A stretch of DNA of 20,000 nt from an uncultured virus (IMG/VR IMGVR_UViG_3300020428_000009). Its lineage: Duplodnaviria; Heunggongvirae; Uroviricota; Caudoviricetes. The stretch lies in the IMG/VR virus record IMGVR_UViG_3300020428_000009; one strand, 5' to 3'. Below are positions 1-8,051 of the stretch, one piece after another. Position 1 is the stretch's first letter. Each line of letters opens with the position of its first letter. The position numbers and the translations under genes were made by a program. The notes beneath the pieces were generated by a model. That model was not told the origin of the DNA. It worked only from the letters and a program-made list of their open reading frames with translations, and did no database searches.

Positions 1-1584
1 GCGAAGGCACAAGTACAAGCCGCGGCTAGAAACATTGATGAGCCTATGAAAGTGCAACTCGCAAGACGAGCCGAAAATGCGAAGAAGGCTAGGCAACAAC
101 TAAAAAAAGAAGATTATGATCTTGTAGCAGACGCCGCAGAAGTAACTTCGGAAATCGAAGAGGGCAAGAAAAGAGGCTTATGGGATAATATTCATGCTAA
201 GAGAAAGTCTGGTAGAAAAATGAATCCTAAAGGACATCCAGATGCACCTACTGATGCTGAACTGAAAAAAGCACAGGAAGCATATGACCAGCCTGCTAAG
301 AAAAAGCCAGTGTCTCAAATGACTCCTGCTGAAAAGAAAGAGAATGATAGTAGACGAAAGGCTTATAACGAGTTTCAAAAACAAAACCGCAAAGAAGAGA
401 CTGAAATAGAAGAGTCAGAATATTCCATGCCTGCAGAGAAGTCCAGAGAAGAAACTAAAAAGATAAAGGACAAAATGAAGGCAAAAAATAAATTAAGACC
501 TAAAGGATACAGCGAAGAAACGGTATACACAGAAGACTATAAAACTGGTCACAAGTCTTATACTGATGCAGTTAATCACGCAATGGATCATCACAAAAAG
601 GGTGGATTAGAATCTTCCGCAGATGACAAAGCACAACATATAGGTCTGGATTCTAAAAAGCCAGGAAAAGGTAAAACTACCCGTGTAAATCTTCCTGCTA
701 AAGATAAAAATGGCAAGAAGCATATGGTCCACATGCAAGTCTATAACAAAGGTGGTTCACATCCATATGAGTTAAACACATACTCAAGCACATCAAAAGC
801 ATTACAAAAAGAAGGAGCATTTAAGAGAATGGCTACCGATGCTGAAGAAGATGCAAGATTGAAAGCACAGAAAAAAGCCGCTAAGACATCTAAAAATGCC
901 GCAAATAAAGAGAAGGAAACTGATCCTGGCATAAAAGAAGCGTACAAAAAGAAATTTGATGCTATGCTGAAGAAAACTGGTAAATCTCTTGGAGACATGT
1001 CAGATGACGAGAAGAAGAAATTCTTCAAAAAAGTTGATGCATCACACACAGCGAAGAACGAAAGTTTAATTTCTTTTGACGATTTCGATCTCAAAGAATA
1101 CATCACATCTAAGCAAGTTAAGATGGCAAAAGGTATTGCTTTTGACAAGAGACATAAGGGCGGAGATATGACGGGCGCCGCAAAGAAGATGGAGAAGATT
1201 AAGAAAGGTCTCTCTAATCACCCTGGCGCACAGAAAGCATTACGAAAAGCGAATGAAGAAACTGATCTTGAAGAAGGTGCTTATAGCGATGCACGAAGAG
1301 ATGCCGCTAGAGATAGTCGAGGACTAGCATCAACGAAAAAAGACAGACCTGATGTAAAACATGATGCAAAGAAAGATTCGGGTCCTGAACACATTGTTCC
1401 TCAACTGCGAAAGGCTGTTAGTATAGGAAAGCATGTAACTTTTAAAGATGGCAAAAGCCATAGAGTTTCACAAGCACATGCAAGTAAATTCCTAAACAAA
1501 TATCTATCTTCTAAGCCAGCAGACAAAGAAAAAATGCAGGATCACGCTCATCAAAGTCATAAACACTTTATGAAACATGTCTAA
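1..1584 (+). CDS. Lys/Glu-rich modular protein, putative T4-like internal head/prohead-processed protein (probably 5'-truncated by the window edge)
   Basis: The frame is open from base 1 (gcg aag gca...) to TAA at 1582-1584, so the ATG at 46 is probably internal. The protein is highly charged and has repeated I/L-x-E motifs (IEE, IEE, IKE, LKE, LEE) like T4 gp21 protease sites. It lies directly upstream of virion-type genes. Confidence 0.6.
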   Translation, partial: AKAQVQAAARNIDEPMKVQLARRAENAKKARQQLKKEDYDLVADAAEVTSEIEEGKKRGLWDNIHAKRKSGRKMNPKGHPDAPTDAELKKAQEAYDQPAKKKPVSQMTPAEKKENDSRRKAYNEFQKQNRKEETEIEESEYSMPAEKSREETKKIKDKMKAKNKLRPKGYSEETVYTEDYKTGHKSYTDAVNHAMDHHKKGGLESSADDKAQHIGLDSKKPGKGKTTRVNLPAKDKNGKKHMVHMQVYNKGGSHPYELNTYSSTSKALQKEGAFKRMATDAEEDARLKAQKKAAKTSKNAANKEKETDPGIKEAYKKKFDAMLKKTGKSLGDMSDDEKKKFFKKVDASHTAKNESLISFDDFDLKEYITSKQVKMAKGIAFDKRHKGGDMTGAAKKMEKIKKGLSNHPGAQKALRKANEETDLEEGAYSDARRDAARDSRGLASTKKDRPDVKHDAKKDSGPEHIVPQLRKAVSIGKHVTFKDGKSHRVSQAHASKFLNKYLSSKPADKEKMQDHAHQSHKHFMKHV

Positions 1585-1594
1585 ATAATAAATA
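1581..1594 (+). promoter_or_regulatory. T4-like late promoter (tandem CTAAATA / ATAAATA)
   Basis: CTAAATA at 1581-1587 and ATAAATA at 1588-1594 match the core of the gp55-dependent TATAAATA consensus. They are followed by a strong SD (AAGGAG, 1609-1614) and the ATG at 1622 of a structural-type gene. Confidence 0.7.
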
Positions 1595-1621
1595 GTATTA
1601 AACTTTTAAAGGAGAAACAAA

Positions 1622-3442
1622 ATGTCAGGTTGGGGAAAAGCAGATGATAAGACATCTACTGGAACGGTAACGCTAACCGCTCCCACCGTTACTTTTAACG
1701 GTGCCAGTGCTGTTGATTCCAATACTATCACAAGTTCCGCACATCCTTTCCGTAATGGCGATTATGTCAAATACGAAGATGGAGGTGGTACTCAAGTAGT
1801 TGGTCTAACAGACACATCTAGTTACTATGTTACTAATGTAGCGACAAACACTCTACAGTTGGCGGCAAGCCAGGCAGATGCCTTGCACAATAATCCAACT
1901 GTAATTACACTTTCAGACGGTGCTGGTGCATCACACACTCTTACGCTAGAATTTGCTAGGGGAACACGAGGCAGTATTGCCGGTGGTTCAACTGCATTTA
2001 CAACTGAATCCGCTACTGGCGATATTTTGGTTGTAGGCGATCAGCAAATGCAAATTCTCTCTATAGCGAGTAATACTTCTGCTATCGTAGAGAATTTAGA
2101 TCGTGCTACTGCACTATCAGCATTTTCTGGACAAGCGTATACGCTGAACGAGAAACCTAATACAATTGGAGCAGACGCTAACACATTGGGCTCTTCAGTA
2201 TTTGGTGTAGACAATACAGAAATTGTGCGTGGCTCAGATAACATCGTTAGTATCGGTGTTAATGAGGCTGGCGCAGGATATCTAGAAGCACCTACAATTA
2301 CTGTTGCTGGTCCTACTGCAAGAACTATTGCTACTACCGCAGTAACTACGGCTTCTGATAGTATTACAATTTCTGATCACAATCTTACCACTGGTTCTAA
2401 GTTGACTTACGCTGATGGATCTGGTACTGCTCTTGCTGGTTTGTCTGATGGAACCACTTATTTCGTAATCAAGGTTGACAACGACACTATTAAGTTGGCA
2501 ACAAACTTGACAAATGCAAATGCTGGTACCGTAATCACACTTACTGGAACTGGTAACAACGCTCAGACACTTACTGGTGTAACTGCTACTGCTACAGCCG
2601 CAGTTTCTGGTGGTGTTATAACAGGATATACTGTAACAGAAGTTGGTAGTGACTATCTTGCCGCTCCTGCTGTAACTGTACCTATTCCTGATAGGACTAT
2701 TCCTACATCGGGTGTTACAACTGCAAACACAGATTCTATTGCATATACAGCACACGGACTTTCATCACAATTTGAAGTCAAGTATCAAGATGGTGGTGGT
2801 ACTGCACTTGCTGGTTTAGTTGATAATACATCGTACTTTATATCTCATGTTGGTCTGTCTGCAAACGCATTCCGACTTGCTACAACATCTGATCTTGCCG
2901 GTGGAACTGATTTATCAACGGTTGTTATTGCTAATACATCTGGTGGATTTACTTGTGCCAACGCAACTTTAGCCGCAAATGATCGAGTAGTAATTTCTGG
3001 AACATTTGGTGGTTCGGGTTCAATATCTGGTTACTCTGATTCGACAGTTTATTTGGTTTCTGCTGTAACGGGTACATCACCTAATGTTACTGGTTTCACG
3101 CTACAAACTGAAGCAGGTGGTGCTCTAACAACTGTTGCTGGTACACCTACTGGTGTAACATACAAGATGGGTACTATCATCAATCTAACAGGAACTGGTA
3201 ACAACGCACAGACTTTCGATGTTCTTGCAACTAACACTGGTATTACTCAAGGAACTGCAAATGCTAGTATGGGTGTTGGTGCCGCAGGTGATCAAGGATC
3301 AAGTGCCGCACACAGTGGTTGGGTTAAGCGAACAGAAGGAACTGGCGCGAGGGCTGGTCGAGTCCAATATGAAGTTCTAGTTGCACTCAGCAAGAACGGC
3401 ATAACAAGTGACGCGGCTGACGATACCGAATTCTCAGAATAG
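1622..3442 (+). CDS. Virion structural protein with repeated beta-rich modules (fibre/decoration-like), 606 aa
   Basis: Thr/Gly/Ala/Ser-rich. Three clear copies of a 'TI..H.....V.Y.DG.GT...GL.D...Y.V......LA' module and two 'G.xY..AP.(I/V)TV' motifs. The termini 'MSGWG' and 'AHSGWVKRTEGTGARAGRVQYEVLVAL' resemble T4-like phage virion proteins. Late promoter and strong SD upstream. Confidence 0.75.
   Translation: MSGWGKADDKTSTGTVTLTAPTVTFNGASAVDSNTITSSAHPFRNGDYVKYEDGGGTQVVGLTDTSSYYVTNVATNTLQLAASQADALHNNPTVITLSDGAGASHTLTLEFARGTRGSIAGGSTAFTTESATGDILVVGDQQMQILSIASNTSAIVENLDRATALSAFSGQAYTLNEKPNTIGADANTLGSSVFGVDNTEIVRGSDNIVSIGVNEAGAGYLEAPTITVAGPTARTIATTAVTTASDSITISDHNLTTGSKLTYADGSGTALAGLSDGTTYFVIKVDNDTIKLATNLTNANAGTVITLTGTGNNAQTLTGVTATATAAVSGGVITGYTVTEVGSDYLAAPAVTVPIPDRTIPTSGVTTANTDSIAYTAHGLSSQFEVKYQDGGGTALAGLVDNTSYFISHVGLSANAFRLATTSDLAGGTDLSTVVIANTSGGFTCANATLAANDRVVISGTFGGSGSISGYSDSTVYLVSAVTGTSPNVTGFTLQTEAGGALTTVAGTPTGVTYKMGTIINLTGTGNNAQTFDVLATNTGITQGTANASMGVGAAGDQGSSAAHSGWVKRTEGTGARAGRVQYEVLVALSKNGITSDAADDTEFSE
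2423..2817 (+). repeat. Intragenic direct repeat GGTACTGC(T/A)CTTGCTGGTTT (2423-2442 and 2798-2817)
   Basis: 19/20 identical; encodes GTALAG(L) in modules 2 and 3 of the 606-aa protein. Confidence 0.85.
2546..3207 (+). repeat. Intragenic direct repeat GGAACTGGTAACAACGC (2546-2562 and 3191-3207)
   Basis: Exact 17-mer; encodes GTGNNA at the end of modules 2 and 3. Confidence 0.85.
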
Positions 3443-3451
3443 GATTAACTA

Positions 3452-3895
3452 ATGGCTGATTCTAAGGTATCCGAATTAACAGCGGCTACAGCAGTAGCCG
3501 CCGCTGACCAGTTTTACTTAGTTCAAAGTTCTACTAGTAAGAAACTCACAGCGGCCAATTTGTTTGCGAATGTCGCAACGCCTGTTAGTTTTTCAGATAA
3601 AATCAATATTGCTGGCACCGCTCAAACTTTGACTGGTGCTGGCACTATTTCCACTGCAAGCACAATCACATTATTAAATCCTGGTAGCAGTGGCACCTTG
3701 GATATCGGCTCTGGCACAGAGGGCCAAATCAAAATTCTTATTATGATTGCTAATTCTAGTGCGTATGTACTCACGCTAGAAGATTCACAACTTGGTCATA
3801 CGAGCATACGATTTGATGCTGTGGGAGAAACTGCAACGCTGATATATACTAATAGCAAATGGTATTGCATTGGAGGTAATGCCACAGTTTCATAA
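3452..3895 (+). CDS. Small virion structural protein (fibre/decoration-associated), 147 aa
   Basis: The N-terminus MADSKVSELTAAT...FYLVQSSTSKKLT resembles the N-terminal motif of phage fibre-type proteins. Thr/Ser/Gly-rich beta character, SD AGGA upstream, directly after the 606-aa gene. Confidence 0.6.
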   Translation: MADSKVSELTAATAVAAADQFYLVQSSTSKKLTAANLFANVATPVSFSDKINIAGTAQTLTGAGTISTASTITLLNPGSSGTLDIGSGTEGQIKILIMIANSSAYVLTLEDSQLGHTSIRFDAVGETATLIYTNSKWYCIGGNATVS

Positions 3896-3911
3896 TAAAA
3901 AGAAGTACAAA

Positions 3912-4289
3912 ATGATTGAGTTGAATGAAGAGAATTTCCTAGTTTATGCATTGAAGAATTATAATAGTCCCGAGTGTACAGGGATGGATGATTTTGAAGA
4001 GGATGTAAAAAGATTCAAATATCTGAAAAGATTGTTTAGACGATATGCGAAGACAGATATATTGAGTCACCGTCTTATAATAAATCACTTGATTGTTCTT
4101 TATAATGTGTTTGGTGGCGCGGCGACTCCCTTGTTGTTTTACAAAACAGACAGAGATCACTGGCCAATTTTAAAGACTTTTTTGGTATTTTTGAATAGAA
4201 TGCCAATGGAACAAATTGTAACCGGTGGAGTAAGAGAAGAAGACATTCCCCTGGACTATAAGATAATAAACATACTTAGGAAAATTTAA
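3912..4289 (+). CDS. Conserved T4-like phage hypothetical protein
   Basis: 'ELNEENFLVYALKNYNSPEC...FEEDVKRFKYLKRLFRRY...LIINHLIVLYNVFG' resembles a family I recall from marine T4-like phages. ATG 3912 is preferred over the non-ATG start at 3870, which overlaps the previous gene. The stop overlaps the next start (TAATG). Confidence 0.7.
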   Translation: MIELNEENFLVYALKNYNSPECTGMDDFEEDVKRFKYLKRLFRRYAKTDILSHRLIINHLIVLYNVFGGAATPLLFYKTDRDHWPILKTFLVFLNRMPMEQIVTGGVREEDIPLDYKIINILRKI

Positions 4290-4867
4290 TGTCTGCCGTT
4301 GTTGATACACTAGTCGTATACAGAATACTCAGATTATTCGCACAGAAGATCGAGGATATGGATGCGTTTAAATTAGGCATAATAGACGCTGACGGCAAGA
4401 AAATCAAACAACCATCTACTAGCGAAGAGAGAGCATCCTACACTCTACTAACCAGATTCGTACTAAAAGTCAAAAAAGCATTAACTAGATCGCCCGATAT
4501 GAACGCAAAAAGACTCTTGACATTTGCGGCGGCAGTTGCTATACTACGAGAACATGGTGAAAAAATAGAGGACGATGAATTAGAAGTGCTATTAGAACTT
4601 TATACCAATGACGAAGATATAGTAAAAGAAGCAGAATTATTAGAAGGATCGAATTTATTCTCTTTTAGAAACTTCTTAATCGATGATATGGCCGCTAATG
4701 CAGTTGGAGGTGGCGCAATTCATGGAGTAGGTGTAGGACCTAAGGGAGAACCTGGAAAACCAGTCAAGAAAAAGAAGAAAAGTGATCAAGAATACCCTAT
4801 TCTTTTACCAATGGCAAGGCGAATAAATCAGAAGATAGCAGAACAACGCCAACGAAGAAGAGGGTAA
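4289..4867 (+). CDS. Conserved T4-like phage hypothetical protein, 192 aa
   Basis: Translationally coupled to the upstream ORF. 'DAFKLGIIDADGKKIK' and the C-terminal 'ANAVGGGAIHG...GEPG' motif are typical of T4-like late-region hypotheticals. Confidence 0.65.
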   Translation: MSAVVDTLVVYRILRLFAQKIEDMDAFKLGIIDADGKKIKQPSTSEERASYTLLTRFVLKVKKALTRSPDMNAKRLLTFAAAVAILREHGEKIEDDELEVLLELYTNDEDIVKEAELLEGSNLFSFRNFLIDDMAANAVGGGAIHGVGVGPKGEPGKPVKKKKKSDQEYPILLPMARRINQKIAEQRQRRRG

Positions 4868-4868
4868 C

Positions 4869-5369
4869 ATGCCTGAGACAGCCCTAGAAACCAAAGTTGC
4901 AATATTGCAAAACGACATGAAACAGATGGAAGGTCTGTTTGGTAGGCTTGATACTGCTATCGATAAGATGTCTGAGGTATCAAATTCAATTAATCAGTTA
5001 TTGGCGGTGCATGAAGAGAGAATAGGGCAAGCCGAACGAGAGACAGAGGATTTATTTGGTCTCATGGAAAAGCGTAGAGTAGAACAAGAAGAAGCAAGCA
5101 AGGAACTCCATTCTAGAATTACCTCTCAATCTAGAGAAATACAGAAAGAGGTAAAACATGAAGTTGATCGCCTTGGTGAACTAATGACAAAACAACACGA
5201 AGAAGTAAAAGAAGTTATAGAAACTCGTAATAAGCAACAAGACGATGAAATCTCTGATCTTGAAGATAGAATCAGAAATATAGAGAAAAAGCAATGGATT
5301 GTCATGGGTGGAGCCATTGTTATTGCATGGATAGGTGCTAATATACCAGCAATTATTGAATTATTTTAA
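4869..5369 (+). CDS. Coiled-coil protein with C-terminal transmembrane anchor, 166 aa
   Basis: Long heptad-like helical region, then hydrophobic 'WIVMGGAIVIAWIGANIPAIIELF'. SD GAGGG upstream. Confidence 0.7.
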   Translation: MPETALETKVAILQNDMKQMEGLFGRLDTAIDKMSEVSNSINQLLAVHEERIGQAERETEDLFGLMEKRRVEQEEASKELHSRITSQSREIQKEVKHEVDRLGELMTKQHEEVKEVIETRNKQQDDEISDLEDRIRNIEKKQWIVMGGAIVIAWIGANIPAIIELF

Positions 5370-5378
5370 AATAATTAC

Positions 5379-5407
5379 TTGACATCCAACCTTAAATTAT
5401 GTATAAT
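5379..5407 (+). promoter_or_regulatory. sigma70-type early/middle promoter for the primase operon
   Basis: Perfect TTGACA (5379-5384), 17-bp spacer, perfect TATAAT (5402-5407), in the intergenic gap with an AT-rich tract upstream. Confidence 0.9.
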
Positions 5408-5415
5408 GTGGTCAT

Positions 5416-6501
5416 ATGAGTCTATACCTCGATGTTAAATATCTGAACATGATTTCTCACAGATTTGAGATTTTCAAACGAAAGGATGATTATCTCTTTA
5501 ATGTGAGATGTCCCGTCTGTGGCGATTCCGCCAAAAATAAGCGAAAAATGCGTGGCTATTTCTATCGTAAACAAAACGATATGTTTTACAAATGCCATAA
5601 TTGCTCTCATGGTGCGTCTTTTGGTAATATGCTTAAAATGCTAGATCAAAACGCATACAAAGAATATGTCTTAGAAAGATACAAAGATGGAGTGAGCAAG
5701 TTTAAGCCCCACAAAGATCCAGAATTTCCTGATTTTGTACCTGACTTTGATAAAAGCAAGCATAAGTTTGTGCCTGACTTTGATAAGAAAGAGAAGCCTC
5801 CGTTTAAGAAATCTTCACCCGCTCGTATGATTGATCGAATCATGGATAGAGTTGACAATCTTCCATATGATCATGAAGCGGTAAAGTATTGTGAAGAGAG
5901 AAAAATACCTAAGCAAGTTTTTGATCGACTCTATTACATCGACAATGTGCAAGATGTAATTCAGTTGAATGATAAGTATAGAGAGAGTATAAAGACAAAA
6001 GAGCCTAGATTAGCAATACCGTTTTTTGACCAGCGCGGTCATTTGATGTCGGTAACACTAAGAGCGATGCGAGGAGAAACATTGCGATATATCTTAGTGA
6101 AAGTTAATGAAAGGGCTCCTACAGTATTTGGTTTAGATGAAGTTGATGTTTCTGAACCCATACTGGTTGTTGAAGGACCAATAGATAGTTTGTTCTTAGA
6201 AAATGCTATTGCAGTATCTGGCACATCTTTCTCCAAGATAGATGAGTTAGATTTACCACAAGAACAAATGACTATAGCCTTTGATAATCAGCCAAAGAAT
6301 AGTGAAGTCTGCAAGTTGATGAAGAAGTATATCGATTTGAACTATTCGATTTGTATCTGGCCGAATGACATAGAAGGTAAAGATATAAATGACATGATAA
6401 TGAGCGGTATGACTACTGAAGATATTTCTAATTGTATTAAAGAAAATACATTTCATGGTCTATCTGCTCAAATGAAGTTAACCGATTGGAAAAAATGTTA
6501 G
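5416..6501 (+). CDS. 61: T4-like DNA primase (gp61)
   Basis: N-terminal Zn finger CPVCGDS...CHNC. TOPRIM motifs VVEGPIDSLF, FDN and KDIND. Size 361 aa. Confidence 0.95.
   Translation: MSLYLDVKYLNMISHRFEIFKRKDDYLFNVRCPVCGDSAKNKRKMRGYFYRKQNDMFYKCHNCSHGASFGNMLKMLDQNAYKEYVLERYKDGVSKFKPHKDPEFPDFVPDFDKSKHKFVPDFDKKEKPPFKKSSPARMIDRIMDRVDNLPYDHEAVKYCEERKIPKQVFDRLYYIDNVQDVIQLNDKYRESIKTKEPRLAIPFFDQRGHLMSVTLRAMRGETLRYILVKVNERAPTVFGLDEVDVSEPILVVEGPIDSLFLENAIAVSGTSFSKIDELDLPQEQMTIAFDNQPKNSEVCKLMKKYIDLNYSICIWPNDIEGKDINDMIMSGMTTEDISNCIKENTFHGLSAQMKLTDWKKC
5734..5786 (+). repeat. In-frame duplication with 33-bp period in the primase linker (FVPDFDK x2)
   Basis: TTTGTACCTGACTTTGATAA (5734-5753) versus TTTGTGCCTGACTTTGATAA (5767-5786), 19/20 identical. 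Confidence 0.9.
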
Positions 6502-6511
6502 GAGAAAATCA

Positions 6512-6790
6512 ATGGAATTTTTAAAAAATTTGTGGAATAAGATTTTCAACTTCTTAGATTATAATAAAGATGGCTCAGTAAACAAACAAGATGCGACCGA
6601 TGCCGTTGATGATGTGAAAGAAGAAGTTGCAGAGACTAAGGCAAAAGTCAAGAAGCGAGTAAAACGGATCAAAGAAGAAGTTCAAGATGTCAAAGATGCC
6701 GTTTCCGACGCTGTTGATCAACTAGGTGATATTGCTGATGCCGCTAAGGGCAAGCCTAGAAAAGGAAGAAAGCCAAAGGCTAAGAAATAG
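6512..6790 (+). CDS. Small protein with amphipathic N-helix, DxNxDG (EF-hand-like) loop and charged helical tail, 92 aa
   Basis: Strong SD AGGAG. Sequence MEFLKNLWNKIFNFL-DYNKDGSVNKQD, then D/K/V/A-rich helical repeats and a basic tail. Confidence 0.7.
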   Translation: MEFLKNLWNKIFNFLDYNKDGSVNKQDATDAVDDVKEEVAETKAKVKKRVKRIKEEVQDVKDAVSDAVDQLGDIADAAKGKPRKGRKPKAKK

Positions 6791-7368
6791 TGCCAGTTGC
6801 TTCAAGCGAGGTAAAAAGTTTTTGGCCGCTCGCTTGGCCTTTTGATCAAATTGTACCAGAGTTACCCAATAGCGGTAGATTACTGGAAATAGGACCTTAC
6901 TTAGGTAAATCAACTATTTCTTGGGCAGAGCAATTTGCTTCTGCTGGTTACATGTATGATATTCATACTGTTGATGCCTTTCGTGGTATTCAAGGTGACG
7001 CTGGTGCAGACTTTACAAATGTTGATGTAGAATTTTTAAAATCTCGCAGTATTTCTGAAGAAGATCATCTAGAAACTTTTAAGCAGAATGTAGAGGGCTG
7101 GTCAAATATATCTTGGGAAAAAGCAGTATTTGATGAGAACTATACACCACCTGCAGGATTTGAAGATCCAACAGTTATATGGTATGATGCACTACATTCA
7201 TATGAAGCAGTAACTAAATTTATAAATTGGACTAATGATAAATCTAGTATAGTAATTATAGATTGTTATGATGATCACCATCCAGGCACGAAACAAGCCG
7301 TTGATGAAGCAACGCAACTAATGAAGGTCTACGAAGAATCCTTTAAAGGAATAGTAGTACTTAAATAA
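6790..7368 (+). CDS. Class I SAM-dependent methyltransferase (Methyltransf_24-like)
   Basis: Motif I LLEIGPYLGKST, acidic motif II VDAF, and 'WYDALHSYEAV' (D-x-x-H-x-Y). The GTG start overlaps the upstream TAG. Confidence 0.8.
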   Translation: MPVASSEVKSFWPLAWPFDQIVPELPNSGRLLEIGPYLGKSTISWAEQFASAGYMYDIHTVDAFRGIQGDAGADFTNVDVEFLKSRSISEEDHLETFKQNVEGWSNISWEKAVFDENYTPPAGFEDPTVIWYDALHSYEAVTKFINWTNDKSSIVIIDCYDDHHPGTKQAVDEATQLMKVYEESFKGIVVLK

Positions 7369-7386
7369 AATAACTAGGACTATATT

Positions 7387-8046
7387 ATGAATGAAGTGAG
7401 TTTAGTGGCTCTTTCAAAGCCATCAGCATACACAGATTGCCTTACTGCTGGAGAACTAGTCGCATATGCGGCAAGAGTAAGCAACCCTGGTAATCAAAAC
7501 AATACTAAGACAGCACCCGGACTGTTGAAGTATCTGATTAAACATGAACACTGGTCTCCTTTTGAGATGGTTCATATGACACTGGAGATAAAAACAACCC
7601 GTGATATAGCACGGCAAATTCTTAGACATCGAAGTTTTAGTTATCAAGAATTTAGCCAAAGATATGCTGTATCTGATGAATGGGTAACACGGGAAGCGAG
7701 ATTACAGGACCCTCAGAATAGACAGAACAGCATTGAACTTGATGAGGGTGCTAAAGAAATTGAAGAAACTTGGAGAATGAAGCAGACAGAGGTAGTGCGT
7801 AAGATTAAAGAAGTCTACGAATGGGCACTAAACTCTGGAATAGCAAAGGAACAAGCCAGAGCAGTTTTACCAGAGGGTAATACTGTATCGACATTATATA
7901 TGGCAGGTTCTTTACGATCTTGGATACACTATTGTCAGTTGAGAATGGGCAACGGTACTCAGAAGGAACATTCTGAAGTTGCTGAAAAATGCTGGAACAT
8001 AGTTACGCAACATTTTCCTGAAATCAAAAAGGCAATAGAGGGTTAG
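7387..8046 (+). CDS. thyX: Flavin-dependent thymidylate synthase
   Basis: ThyX signature RHRSFSYQEFSQRY, plus HEHWSPFE, AKEQARAVLP and LR...TQKEH. Confidence 0.97.
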   Translation: MNEVSLVALSKPSAYTDCLTAGELVAYAARVSNPGNQNNTKTAPGLLKYLIKHEHWSPFEMVHMTLEIKTTRDIARQILRHRSFSYQEFSQRYAVSDEWVTREARLQDPQNRQNSIELDEGAKEIEETWRMKQTEVVRKIKEVYEWALNSGIAKEQARAVLPEGNTVSTLYMAGSLRSWIHYCQLRMGNGTQKEHSEVAEKCWNIVTQHFPEIKKAIEG

Positions 8047-8051
8047 AACAG

